This document shows positions 9,107-19,360 of a stretch of DNA of 50,735 nucleotides, in pieces. Source of the DNA: Chloroflexota bacterium. Lineage in GTDB: Bacteria > Chloroflexota > Dormibacteria > CF-121. The notes under the pieces are model-generated. The model was not told the DNA's origin. It saw nothing but the letters and a program-made list of their open reading frames with translations, and made no database searches. The DNA is taken from positions 1 through 50,735 of the forward strand of contig VBGO01000075.1 in assembly GCA_005882525.1 (NCBI GenBank). The letters run 5' to 3'. The first letter of the stretch is position 1, and the number at the start of each line of letters is the position of its first letter. A program made the translations under genes and the position numbers.

Positions 9107-10106
9107 ATTGGGGCACCAGCCGCTTGTCTTTGATTCTTACCCGCATCCGGGCCGGCACTTTCAAGGGCAGCTCCCGCACCATCAGCGTTTGTGAGGCGAT
9201 CACCTCGAAGCCCTCGGCCCGCAACAGCCTGATGCCCGCCTCTTCATAGTGCCGGAGGCTACACCAGACCGGGCCGGGCCGATGCTGGGCGACATAGGCG
9301 AGCGACCGCTGCAGCAGGGCCGGCCACAACTCCGGCGGTTGTGCCGCCGCCATCAGGCCGAGCGTATGGGGGCGGCCGCCGCCGCCCGGCACCAGGCTCA
9401 TCCATCCCACCACCTCGACTCGCTCGACGACGAAGCGCGGTTGGCCCGTCGGACGAGGAATGCGGGCTCCTCGAAGGCCGATCGCGAAACTGCGGCGCCA
9501 TTCGGCGAAGTTGGCGGCCTCGACCGCGGCCACCGCCTTGGGCGTGGTGGCGCAATAAAGAAGGTAGAGGCCCAACTCGTCGTCGCGGCGCATCGGCCGC
9601 CAGCCGGCGAGCGCCGGGATCGGCCGGGCGGCGACGGTCTCGCTGAGGAGGGCATGCTCCGTGGCGTAGGCCGTGAAGCCCCGGGCTCGAAAGAGGTCGG
9701 CCACCGGGTCATCGACCGGCACCCGCACCACGAATTTCGTGACGCCGCGGTTCAGGCCCTCGTTGAACAGGTGGTCGAGCAGCGCCGTGCCGTCGTTGAA
9801 GCGGTCGAGGTCGGGGCTGAGGCAGAGGTTGAGGATCTGCCAGGCATTCGGTCCCAGGGCGGCGGTCTCCGCCTGGACGAATCCCTGGATCGACCGGCGG
9901 CGCGACTCTTCCATCACATACACGTAGTCGGCGTTCGAGGTGATCGGCAAAATCGAGGCGAAGGTGCTGTTCAGCAGGAACCAGAGTCGGGTCGATGCGA
10001 ACTGACGCTTGAGCGGCGAGGGCTCCGCCTCACGCACCTGCTGCCGGTAGAGGGCCTCGATCGCACCGAGGTCCTTCAACTGCGCGGGTCGGACCTGGAG
10101 CGTCAT
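9099..10106 (-). CDS. Tandem GNAT-fold N-acetyltransferase-like protein
   Basis: N-terminal GNAT-like pattern (VRPAQLKDLGAIEALY ... RGVTKFVVRV...FRARGF). A second C-terminal half ends in ...LLRAEGFEV. Its stop overlaps the downstream ATPase start by 8 nt. The family call is motif-level only. Confidence 0.6.
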   Translation of the reverse strand: MTLQVRPAQLKDLGAIEALYRQQVREAEPSPLKRQFASTRLWFLLNSTFASILPITSNADYVYVMEESRRRSIQGFVQAETAALGPNAWQILNLCLSPDLDRFNDGTALLDHLFNEGLNRGVTKFVVRVPVDDPVADLFRARGFTAYATEHALLSETVAARPIPALAGWRPMRRDDELGLYLLYCATTPKAVAAVEAANFAEWRRSFAIGLRGARIPRPTGQPRFVVERVEVVGWMSLVPGGGGRPHTLGLMAAAQPPELWPALLQRSLAYVAQHRPGPVWCSLRHYEEAGIRLLRAEGFEVIASQTLMVRELPLKVPARMRVRIKDKRLVPQYG

Positions 10107-10686
10107 CGCGCCTTGCCATCGAGCGTCAGGAAATACTGGTGCCAGCGCCGGTCTGGGGTCAATTCCGGGTGAAAGGCGAGCGCCAGCCGGTTCCCCTGCT
10201 GGAGCGCAACCGGCTGGTCCCCGTGGCGGGCCAGCTCCTCGACGTCGGCCGCTCGTTCGGTCAGCTGTGGGGCACGGATAAATACCGCCGGGGCGGGTCC
10301 CCGAGTGGCCGGGGAGTCGACCTCAGCTTCGAAGCTGTCGATCTGGCGACCGTAGGCGTTCCTCCGGACCCCGATGTCCATCAACTTGAGGGGTTCCTGG
10401 TCCGGCCGGCCGTCCTGGATCTCGCGGGCCATCAGGATCATCCCGGCGCAGGTCCCCAGCACCGGCATACCGGCGGCGGTGCGCTGCTGGATCAACTGCT
10501 TCAAGGCCGGCTCCATCAGGTGAGCCATCGTCGTACTCTCGCCCCCGGGCAGGATCAAGGCGTCGACCCCCTGGAGATCATCGGCGAGCCGGACTGGGAC
10601 GCCTTCGACCTCGCAGGCGCGCAGCGCCGCCAGATGCTCCCGGAAATCCCCCTGCAGCGCAAGGACGCCGACGCGGCGCCGGGTGC

Positions 10687-10690
<4 letters not shown>
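10103..10690 (-). CDS. pdxT: Pyridoxal 5'-phosphate synthase, glutaminase subunit PdxT
   Basis: [10 protein letters not shown] at the N-terminus, catalytic Cys in [13 protein letters not shown] near the C-terminus. The GTG start at 10690 overlaps the pdxS stop as GTGA. The longer ORF-track N-terminus is an overlap artefact. Confidence 0.9.
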
Positions 10691-11595
<905 letters not shown>

Positions 11596-11645
11596 CTGTC
11601 CATTTTACTGCGGGCCCGGTTCAATTCGGCCCGGGAGCGCGACAC

Positions 11646-11651
11646 TAGAAT
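11646..11651 (+). promoter_or_regulatory. Candidate -10 box (TAGAAT) 9 nt upstream of the GT51 gene ATG; would imply a near-leaderless mRNA
   Basis: TAGAAT at 11646-11651 and ATG at 11661, with no Shine-Dalgarno sequence between them. No convincing -35 element. Confidence 0.3.
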
Positions 11652-11660
11652 CGTCCAGCA

Positions 11661-12395
11661 ATGCGGGGCCCCCGGCGGACGCGACGGCAGCGGGTGATTG
11701 CCGTGATCGTCGCCGTCGCCCTGGGTCTGCCAGCTTTGTTCGGCGTGGCAACCGCCATCGGGCTGCTCATCACCCCGTCTGTCGACGACATGTCGAAGCG
11801 GGTGGATGGCATCCTCGAGGAGAAGGGTGGAACGCGCGTCCGGCTGGCCCAGGTCCCCGATCAGCTGAGCGAGGCGCTGATCGCCATCGAGGATGAGCGC
11901 TTCTACGAGCACCGCGGCATCGATACCCAGGGCCTGATTCGAGCCGTCCTCACCGACCTCTATCATCACCGGGCGCTGGAGGGCGGCAGCACACTCAGCC
12001 AGCAACTGATCAAGGTGCTGTATATGAACGGCGACGACGACGGATGGCGCAAGCCGGAGGATCTCCTGCTGGCCTTGAAGCTCGAGGCGCGATACGACAA
12101 GCACACCATCCTGGAGAACTACTTCAACGCCGTCTATTACGGGCACGGGGCCTACGGGATCGGGCAGGCCTCCCAGGTCTACTTCCACCGCCCGCCGGCC
12201 CAGCTCGACCTCGCCCGGGCGTCGATGCTCGCCGGCCTCCCCCAGTCGCCGTCCTACTACGACCTGTATCGCAATCCATGCTCCGCCCGGGCGCGCCAGT
12301 TCAACGTGCTGGCGCAGATGGCGCACGATGGCTACATCAGCTCGAACCAGGCCGCCGCCGCCTATGCCGAGTCGATCGGCTTTCCTTGCAAATAG
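11661..12395 (+). CDS. Monofunctional peptidoglycan glycosyltransferase (GT51 transglycosylase domain)
   Basis: N-terminal TM anchor, then GT51 motifs EDERFYEHRGID, GGSTLSQQL and RKPEDLLLALKLE. No transpeptidase domain. Confidence 0.88.
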   Translation: MRGPRRTRRQRVIAVIVAVALGLPALFGVATAIGLLITPSVDDMSKRVDGILEEKGGTRVRLAQVPDQLSEALIAIEDERFYEHRGIDTQGLIRAVLTDLYHHRALEGGSTLSQQLIKVLYMNGDDDGWRKPEDLLLALKLEARYDKHTILENYFNAVYYGHGAYGIGQASQVYFHRPPAQLDLARASMLAGLPQSPSYYDLYRNPCSARARQFNVLAQMAHDGYISSNQAAAAYAESIGFPCK

Positions 12396-12397
12396 CC

Positions 12398-13000
12398 ATG
12401 GCCCTGGACCTCGTCCTGCTCGGACCGCCCGGATCGGGCAAGGGGACCCAGGCAGCCCGGATGACCGAAAAATACGGAATTCCCGCGATCGCCTCCGGTG
12501 ACATCCTCCGCGCCCAGGCCGACGCGGGCACACCGCTGGGGCGGCTGGTCCGCTCCTACCTGGATCGCGGGGAGTTGGTCCCGGACCAGCTGGTGGTTGA
12601 CATCATCCGGCACCGCCTGTCCGAGCCGGACACGGAAGCCGGCTTCATCCTCGACGGATTTCCCCGAACGGTGCCGCAGGCGCAGGCCCTGGACACGATG
12701 CTGGCCGAGCTGGACCGGCCGCTGGACGCCGTCCTCTACCTCCAGGTTGAGGGACCGGCGCTCCGCGAGCGGCTGGACCATCGGCACCGGCGGGACGACC
12801 GCCCCGATATCGTCGACCACCGGCTCGACGTCTTTCTCGACCAGACAGCGCCGCTGATCGGCTACTACCGGGACCAGGGCAAGCTCAGGCTCATCGACGG
12901 GGCCCAGCCGCCGGAACGGGTCGCCGCCGCCATCGACGAGGTCATCCGCCCGCTGCTCGGCGCCGGCGGCGCTCCCAGCCGCCCGTCAAGCCGACGCTGA
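12398..13000 (+). CDS. adk: Adenylate kinase (short-lid type)
   Basis: MALDLVLLGPPGSGKGTQ P-loop and GFPRT motif. No Cys4 zinc lid. ATG at 12398, 3 nt after the upstream stop. Confidence 0.93.
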   Translation: MALDLVLLGPPGSGKGTQAARMTEKYGIPAIASGDILRAQADAGTPLGRLVRSYLDRGELVPDQLVVDIIRHRLSEPDTEAGFILDGFPRTVPQAQALDTMLAELDRPLDAVLYLQVEGPALRERLDHRHRRDDRPDIVDHRLDVFLDQTAPLIGYYRDQGKLRLIDGAQPPERVAAAIDEVIRPLLGAGGAPSRPSSRR

Positions 13001-13099
13001 GGCGCCGGCCGCTGCTTCGTTTGGCCGAGGCTGGCTTGTGGGCATAAACCTAACGTCTCGCCGGTTGTTCCTGACGAGAACACGAAGGAGAAGTTATCC

Positions 13100-15436
13100 A
13101 TGCCTGAAGTTAGAACTGATTTCATTCCGCTCCTCCCCCTCAACAACGGGGTGGTCCTGCCGAACATGGTCGTCACCATTCCGCTGGAACGGGAGGAGGC
13201 CCAGGCCGCGGTCGCGGCGGCACGGGACGGCGACGGTCTCGTCCTGCTCGTTCCGCGCGTCGAAGGCCGCTTCGCCAATTTCGGCACGGTGGCCAAGCTG
13301 GAGGATTCCCGAAAGCTGCCCAACGGCATCGAGGTCGCCATCCTGCAGGGTCTGTATCGGGCGTCGGTCGGGAGCGCCGCCGCCGGGACCGGCCCGGCGT
13401 TGCGGGTCCTGGCCCAGCCGGCCCAGGACGTCAATCCGCTGACCGAGACCTCGCACGTCCTGGCCCGCGAATATAAGGCGCTGATCGAGAACCTGCTCGA
13501 GCTGCGCGGCGCCGGCGAGGTTATCCAGATGGTCCGCGGTATCGACAGGCCCAGCCAGCTCGCCGACCTGGCCGGGTATTCCCCGGATCTCTCGCTCGAG
13601 CGCAAGGTCGAGATCCTCGATACGCTCGACGTCGAGCAACGTCTGCAGAAGCTGATCGGCTGGACCCGCGAGATCCTGGCCGATGCCTCGCTCAAGGACA
13701 AGATCCGGAACGAGGTGCAGGAAGGCATGGAGAAGCGGCAGCGCGAGTTCCTCCTCCGCCAGCAAATGGAAGCGATCAAGAAGGAGCTCGGCGAGTCGGA
13801 CGGCGATGTCGCCGGCGAGTACCGCAAGCGGATCGAGGAAGCCGGTATGCCGGAGGCGGTCCGCAAGGAAGTCGAGCGCGAGCTCGACCGGTTCGAACGG
13901 ACCAGCGAACAGAACCCCGAGGCGGGGTGGATTCGCAACTACCTCGACTGGATGCTCGACATGCCCTGGAACAAGAAAACGGTCGACCAGTTCGACGTCA
14001 CGGAGGCGCGGCGGATCCTCGATGAGGACCACACCGGGCTCGACGACGTCAAAGACCGGATCATCGAGTTTCTCGCCGTTCGGAAGCGGCGGGATTCGCG
14101 CGGGCTCGGCCTGGTCGGCGGGCGTGGCTCCGGGGCCATCATCACCCTGGTGGGGCCGCCCGGCGTGGGCAAGACCTCACTCGGTGAGTCGGTGGCGCGC
14201 GCCCTCGGTCGCAAGTTCACCCGCATCTCGCTGGGTGGCATCCACGACGAAGCGGAAATCCGTGGTCACCGTCGCACCTATGTCGGCGCGTTGCCCGGAC
14301 GCATCGCGCGCGCCCTCAAGGAGGCTGGCACCAGCAACCCCGTGATCATGCTCGACGAGATCGACAAGGTCGGGAGCGACTGGCGGGGCGACCCGTCGTC
14401 GGCGCTGCTCGAGGTGCTCGATCCGGCGCAGAACCACTCGTTCCGCGACCACTACCTGGAGGTCGACCTCGACCTTTCAGAGGTGCTGTTCATCCCGACG
14501 GCTAACGTCGCTGATACCATCCCCGGTCCCCTGCTCGACCGGATGGAGATCATCCGGCTGGACGGCTACACGGAAGAGGAAAAGCTCGCCATCGCCCGCG
14601 ATCACCTGCTGCGCCGCCAACTGGAGCGCAACGGGCTCAGCACCGCTGAGGTGATCGTTAGCGAGGATGCTATTCGGCGCATCATTGCTGAGCACACGCG
14701 GGAAGCCGGCGTTCGCAACCTCGAACGTGAAATCGGGCGGTTGCTCCGCAAGGTGGCGACCCAGCTCGAAGCCGGCACCGCGACCCCGCCGATCCAGGTC
14801 GCGGGCGGCGATGTCACCAAGTACCTTGGTCGGGCCAAGTTCCACGAGGAAGTGGCCGAGCGGACCTCCGTTCCCGGGGTCGCGACCGGGCTGGCCGTGA
14901 CCGGGATCGGCGGAGAAGTACTCTTCGTCGAGGCCGCCGCCATGGACGGTCAGAAGGGCCTGACCCTCACCGGTCAGCTGGGCGACGTCATGAAGGAGTC
15001 CGCGCAAATCGGCCTGTCGTATGTCCGGTCACACGCCGCGGACCTGGGGATCGCGCCCGGGTTCGAAGAGAAGACGATCCACGTCCACGTGCCCGCGGGC
15101 GCCATCCCCAAGGACGGCCCGTCAGCTGGCGTCACGATGGTGACTGCGCTGGTGAGCCTGTTCAGCGGCCGGCCGGTCAAAAGCACCGTGGGCATGACCG
15201 GCGAGGTCACGCTGCAGGGTAAGGTGCTGCCGATCGGTGGTGTCAAGCAGAAGCTGCTGGCCGCCCATCGGGCCGGGCTGACCGAGGTCATCCTGCCGTA
15301 TCGCAACGAGGCGGACCTCGACGACCTGCCGCAGAGCGTGCGTGATGCGATGACGATCCATCTGGCCAGCGACGTCCGGCAGGTGCTGGACTGGGCCCTG
15401 GAACCGAAGAGCACGCCGCTGACCCAGGCCGCCTAA
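13100..15436 (+). CDS. lon: ATP-dependent Lon protease (LonA)
   Basis: Walker A GPPGVGKTS, protease Ser in PKDGPSAGVTM, Lys in GGVKQKLLAA. AAGGAG Shine-Dalgarno sequence 9 nt upstream of the ATG. Confidence 0.96.
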   Translation: MPEVRTDFIPLLPLNNGVVLPNMVVTIPLEREEAQAAVAAARDGDGLVLLVPRVEGRFANFGTVAKLEDSRKLPNGIEVAILQGLYRASVGSAAAGTGPALRVLAQPAQDVNPLTETSHVLAREYKALIENLLELRGAGEVIQMVRGIDRPSQLADLAGYSPDLSLERKVEILDTLDVEQRLQKLIGWTREILADASLKDKIRNEVQEGMEKRQREFLLRQQMEAIKKELGESDGDVAGEYRKRIEEAGMPEAVRKEVERELDRFERTSEQNPEAGWIRNYLDWMLDMPWNKKTVDQFDVTEARRILDEDHTGLDDVKDRIIEFLAVRKRRDSRGLGLVGGRGSGAIITLVGPPGVGKTSLGESVARALGRKFTRISLGGIHDEAEIRGHRRTYVGALPGRIARALKEAGTSNPVIMLDEIDKVGSDWRGDPSSALLEVLDPAQNHSFRDHYLEVDLDLSEVLFIPTANVADTIPGPLLDRMEIIRLDGYTEEEKLAIARDHLLRRQLERNGLSTAEVIVSEDAIRRIIAEHTREAGVRNLEREIGRLLRKVATQLEAGTATPPIQVAGGDVTKYLGRAKFHEEVAERTSVPGVATGLAVTGIGGEVLFVEAAAMDGQKGLTLTGQLGDVMKESAQIGLSYVRSHAADLGIAPGFEEKTIHVHVPAGAIPKDGPSAGVTMVTALVSLFSGRPVKSTVGMTGEVTLQGKVLPIGGVKQKLLAAHRAGLTEVILPYRNEADLDDLPQSVRDAMTIHLASDVRQVLDWALEPKSTPLTQAA

Positions 15437-15446
15437 CGGCACGCGC

Positions 15447-15836
15447 ATGAGCCGGGCCTTTGTCAAGGATGGCGATTCGGCCGCGAGCGGATCCCTGATA
15501 GATCGCTTCTACCAGGGACTGCTCGGGCTGAGCGATCCGGCGAGAGCCCTGGTCGGCAAGCGGCAGCAGCAGGCCTGGCTCAGCTCGAAGCCGATCATCG
15601 AGGCCGCCCGGCGTGACGCGCTGACCGCGCTCGGCGGGGATTCCTACCGGGAGATCTTCGAGAGCGCCGCGGAGCGCGCCGGCGATCCACCGCAGGGTCC
15701 CACGTGGTGGGCCGCCGGTGATGCGGCGACCGCCCTGGCCGCGCGGCGGCGCCTGGGGCCGGACGAGTTCGCGATCCTGGTCGGACCGCTGGGCGTCGCC
15801 CTCCCCTGGCTCAAGGACGCCGCCACCCAGACCTGA
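15447..15836 (+). CDS. Hypothetical protein (129 aa), no recognisable domain
   Basis: Starts 10 nt after the lon stop. Codon third positions are strongly G/C-biased, like the flanking genes. I recognised no motifs. Confidence 0.55.
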   Translation: MSRAFVKDGDSAASGSLIDRFYQGLLGLSDPARALVGKRQQQAWLSSKPIIEAARRDALTALGGDSYREIFESAAERAGDPPQGPTWWAAGDAATALAARRRLGPDEFAILVGPLGVALPWLKDAATQT

Positions 15837-15843
15837 GGTCCTC

Positions 15844-16572
15844 TTACCGTCCCGGACCCGCGGCGCGCGCGAAGCCGCTGAAGAGGCGCTGGACCCAGGG
15901 AAGGTCATCGATCTCCTCCGGATGCCATTGGACGGCGATCAAGAAGCGTCGCTCCGGGGATTCGAGGGCTTCGATGACGCCGTCGTCGGATTTTCCCGTT
16001 ATGCGCAGCTGTGGCGCCACGGACTTAACGGCTTGATGATGCAGGCTGTTGACCTCGAAGCTGGTCTCGTCGATCAGCTGGGCGAGGCGTGAATTCGGAT
16101 CGAGGCGCACCCGGTGGATGAGGGCGCTTCGGGCCCGCCCGTCGGCGTCCGAATGCTCGACGGACGTCACACCCTGATGTCGAAGATCCTGCCAGAGGCT
16201 GCCGCCGAGCGCTACGTTCAGGACTTGCTGGCCACGACAGATCCCCAGAATGGGTAAGTCGTCGGCGAACGCCCAGCGGGCCAGCGTCAGCTCGGTCCGG
16301 TCACGCGCAGCCTCGATGACGTTTAGATCGCCGATCGCCGCTTCGCCGTATTCTTCCGGCGCGATGTCGGCGCCCCCGGGAAAGACGATCCCGTCCAGTC
16401 GCTCATAGATGGCCCGCAGGCGGGTGTCGTCATCGAGGAGCGGGATCAGCACCGGCGCGCAGCCCGCCGCGACCAGGGCGCGTACGTAACTCTGGTTGAT
16501 GCCGAAGCGCGGTGGCTTCGGCCCCGGCGGGATCGCCAGGGTCGGCAGGCCGATCAGGGGGTAGCGGTTCAA
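15844..16572 (-). CDS. Class I glutamine amidotransferase-like / peptidase C26 (gamma-glutamyl hydrolase, PuuD-like)
   Basis: Catalytic Cys in LGICRGQQVLNV, with LHHQAV and AVQWHPE motifs. I place the start at TTG 16572, overlapping the pmbA stop as TTGA. The 652-aa ORF in the track is a read-through artefact. Confidence 0.85.
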   Translation of the reverse strand: MNRYPLIGLPTLAIPPGPKPPRFGINQSYVRALVAAGCAPVLIPLLDDDTRLRAIYERLDGIVFPGGADIAPEEYGEAAIGDLNVIEAARDRTELTLARWAFADDLPILGICRGQQVLNVALGGSLWQDLRHQGVTSVEHSDADGRARSALIHRVRLDPNSRLAQLIDETSFEVNSLHHQAVKSVAPQLRITGKSDDGVIEALESPERRFLIAVQWHPEEIDDLPWVQRLFSGFARAAGPGR

Positions 16573-17912
16573 CTCGTGAACGTGAAGGCCTTCAGCCGGA
16601 CCGCCGGCACCCGCGAGGCGCCGATGAACTCGCCGATCTCGAGCTTGGTGGAACGACTCAGCGCCAGCGTCCCCTGGAGCGCTTCCAGGACGCTCTGCGT
16701 GAACCGGAGATCTTTGACCGGGCGCGTGATCCGCCCGTTTTCGATCAGGAAGGTGCCTTCCCGTGTCATGCCGGTGATGATCGAGGCCTTCGGATGCACG
16801 ATTCGGACATACCAGAAGCGGGTGACCCAGATGCCGCGCTTGATGTCGCTGGCCAGCTCGGCTTTGGCCGCCGTCCCGGGCTGCATGAAGAGGTTGACCG
16901 CGAAGGGTCCTTCGGTATTGGGCGCCGGCAGACCGTGGCCGGTGGACTCCCGGCCCGCACGCTGGGCGGTTTGCATGTCGTAAACGAGGCCACTGGCGAC
17001 CCCGCCAGTGATCAGGTCCACCCGCTGCTTGGGGACGCCCTCGAAGTCGAACGAGGCCGGCAGGCCGGTCCGGTCGAGGCCGTCGTCCCAAATGCTCACC
17101 TGGTCGCCGGTGATCTTTTCGCCGAGCCGCATGAAACTGCGCTCTTCCTGGGCCGCCAGGGCGCTGAACCCCATGAAGCTCATGAACTCGAGCATCTCCG
17201 CCACGGCGTATTCCTCGAGCACCACCTCGTAGACGCCCGGCTCGACCGGCTGCGCATTCTGGTTGCGCTGCGCCTTGTCGATCACCTCGGCGGCCAGCTC
17301 GTTCTTGTCCAGCTCGGAAACGTCGATGGCGCCGCGATCCGCGTAGCCCGACCCAGCATCGCCCATGACGACCGAATTGACGGTCGCCTGGGTGGAGCGC
17401 TGATGGTGAAAGACCCCGAGCGAGTTGGCAATGGCGAGCTGCCCGGCGCTGGTGCTGAACGCGCCGAAGGCTTTGAGCCCGGCGCGTCCGGCGTTCACGC
17501 AAACCGTCTCGACAAAGTCGGCCCGCTCCTCGGGAGTCGCCGCCGCCGTCGCATCCGACCAGGCCTCGGCCGGCCGGGTCGGCGCGGGTCCCGGCATCGG
17601 AACCACCTCGCCGCGCGACTGCAGGTCGGCGATGGTGACCGCCCGCTTCAGCACGTCGGTGGCTGCCGACTCGTTCAGCTGGTTGATCGACGCCACGCCG
17701 GTCTTGCCGTCCTTCACCACCCGTACCCGGACGCTGACGTTGCGCTCGGCGACGTTCTGGTGGATCCCATTGTTGGCGAAGCGCGTCAGGGCGCTGTCCC
17801 ACTCGGTGACCATCACCTCGGTCTGCTGCGCAGGTGAGCGTTCCAGCAGGCCGGCCGTGAATAGCTTCAGCTCGCCCTCGTCCGTCAGCCGAGCCACTTC
17901 GATGCTTTTCAT
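16569..17912 (-). CDS. pmbA: TldE/PmbA metalloprotease subunit
   Basis: PmbA_TldD family pattern without HExxxH. It follows tldD with an ATGA overlap. Start at ATG 17912 (MKSIEVARL...). Confidence 0.88.
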   Translation of the reverse strand: MKSIEVARLTDEGELKLFTAGLLERSPAQQTEVMVTEWDSALTRFANNGIHQNVAERNVSVRVRVVKDGKTGVASINQLNESAATDVLKRAVTIADLQSRGEVVPMPGPAPTRPAEAWSDATAAATPEERADFVETVCVNAGRAGLKAFGAFSTSAGQLAIANSLGVFHHQRSTQATVNSVVMGDAGSGYADRGAIDVSELDKNELAAEVIDKAQRNQNAQPVEPGVYEVVLEEYAVAEMLEFMSFMGFSALAAQEERSFMRLGEKITGDQVSIWDDGLDRTGLPASFDFEGVPKQRVDLITGGVASGLVYDMQTAQRAGRESTGHGLPAPNTEGPFAVNLFMQPGTAAKAELASDIKRGIWVTRFWYVRIVHPKASIITGMTREGTFLIENGRITRPVKDLRFTQSVLEALQGTLALSRSTKLEIGEFIGASRVPAVRLKAFTFTS

Positions 17913-19351
17913 TTCAGGATGCCGACCTTGACGTTCTGGAAGCGCGCCGGCGCGGCGCCGTGCGCCACGTGGGCAACCTGGGGCGGCTGCCCTTTGCCGC
18001 AATTGGCCAGCCCCCACACCGTCCATTCCGAGCGTCCGGCCACCGCGTCACATGAATTCCAGAATTCGGGCGTGATCCCGGCATAGGTGGCGTTCTTCAG
18101 CAGCCGGCCGCGCTGGCCGTTGACGATCTCGTAGGCGAGCTGCGTGCCGAACTGGAAGTTGAGTCGCTTGTCGTCGATGCTCCAGCTGCGGTTCGTCTCC
18201 ATGTAGACGCCGTCTTTCGTCTCGCCGATCATCTGCTCGAGCGATGACTCGCCCGGCTCCAGATTGACGTTGGTCATCCGGATCAACGGGATCCGGTTCC
18301 AACCGTCCGCCCGCATCGTGCCGTTGCTCTCCTGTCCCAGCACCCGCGCCGTTTCGCGGGATGTGAGGTAGCCGACGAAGAGACCGTCCTTGATCAGGAA
18401 GGTTCGCTGGGCCGGCACGCCCTCGTCATCCCAGCCGAAGGTGCCCAGGCCGGTTGGGGTGAGCGCGTCGGCCGTGATCGTCACCCTGGGCGAGCCGTAC
18501 TGGAGATGATTGAGCTTCTCGGGCGTCATGAAGCTCGTTCCCGCATACGCCGCCTCCATTCCGAAGACCCGATCGAGCTCCGTCGGATGGCCGCAGGACT
18601 CATGGATCTGGAGCGCGGTCTGGCTGGCATCGAGAATCAGGGTCTTGACCCCACTCGGGCATTGCGGCGCGGTCAGCAGCGCGACCGCCTCCTCACCGAT
18701 CCGCTGGCCGTGGCGGTCCAGCTCTAGCGCCGTGATGTATTCGTAGCCACCCGACCCCTGGTGGCGGCCGAAGGAATTCGGATAGGACCGGTTCTGGACA
18801 TCGTCCGGGGAGGTCGCCGTCGCCTCGATCCCGGCGCCGCTCTCGAACAGTTCCTGTTCCGTGAAGGCCCCCTCGGTAGAGGCGAACAGCTTCGCCTGGC
18901 GGATGTACTCCATCGACCCCTCGCGAATGGTGACGCCCTTGACCGAACCCATGGCGGCGTCGGCCCGCAACAGCAGGTCCACTTTTTCGCTGAGCGGCAC
19001 GCTGAACGGATCCCGCTCGAGCGGCGTTCGGTAGCGCCCGCGGGAGGTGACTGGCGGCCCGAGGTCAACCGCCATCGATCGGACCCGGGCACTGGCCCGC
19101 GCAATCCGGATGGCGCGATCGACGACCGGCTCGATCTCGGCCATGTCCAGCCGAGCGCTGCCGGCGAATCCCCAGGCGCCGTCGACGATTACGCGGACAC
19201 CGAACCCCTCACTGGCGTCGTCCGAGACGGCCGCCAGCTGCCCGTTCTTGACGATGATGTCCTGGGTCACGTGTTCGTCCAGGCGGACGTCGGCGTAGCT
19301 CGCCCCCTTCACCTGCGCCGCGTTGAGCGCGGCCTCCGCCAAATCTTTCAT
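17909..19351 (-). CDS. tldD: TldD metalloprotease subunit
   Basis: HExxxH zinc site (IHESCGHPTELDR) and a GxC...G C-terminal pattern (LANCGKGQP). About 480 aa. Confidence 0.92.
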   Translation of the reverse strand: MKDLAEAALNAAQVKGASYADVRLDEHVTQDIIVKNGQLAAVSDDASEGFGVRVIVDGAWGFAGSARLDMAEIEPVVDRAIRIARASARVRSMAVDLGPPVTSRGRYRTPLERDPFSVPLSEKVDLLLRADAAMGSVKGVTIREGSMEYIRQAKLFASTEGAFTEQELFESGAGIEATATSPDDVQNRSYPNSFGRHQGSGGYEYITALELDRHGQRIGEEAVALLTAPQCPSGVKTLILDASQTALQIHESCGHPTELDRVFGMEAAYAGTSFMTPEKLNHLQYGSPRVTITADALTPTGLGTFGWDDEGVPAQRTFLIKDGLFVGYLTSRETARVLGQESNGTMRADGWNRIPLIRMTNVNLEPGESSLEQMIGETKDGVYMETNRSWSIDDKRLNFQFGTQLAYEIVNGQRGRLLKNATYAGITPEFWNSCDAVAGRSEWTVWGLANCGKGQPPQVAHVAHGAAPARFQNVKVGILK

Positions 19352-19360
19352 GGGTAGAGA

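Noticed and set aside
7898-9133. 411-aa plus-strand ORF antisense to the R3H ATPase, plus similar antisense ORFs at 11571-12533, 16512-17837, 32064-33242 and 34049-34900
   Set aside because: Same reasoning: no motifs, biased composition, and full overlap with strongly supported genes on the other strand.
13001-13099. Possible heat-shock operator (CIRCE/HAIR-like) upstream of lon
   Set aside because: Only a weak 5-bp inverted repeat is present (TGTTC-N7-GAACA, about 13066-13082). There is no match to the CIRCE or HAIR consensus sequences as I recall them.
12865-14032. 357-aa and 312-aa minus-strand ORFs antisense to lon
   Set aside because: These are Ser/Arg-rich or Leu/Asp-rich nonsense-like translations. 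Lon on the plus strand is unambiguous.
15844-17802. 652-aa minus-strand ORF spanning the C26 gene and most of pmbA
   Set aside because: Only the last 242 codons carry the C26/GATase motifs. The upstream 410 codons are an Arg/Gly/Pro-rich alternative frame over the well-supported PmbA ORF. I truncated the gene to TTG 16572.
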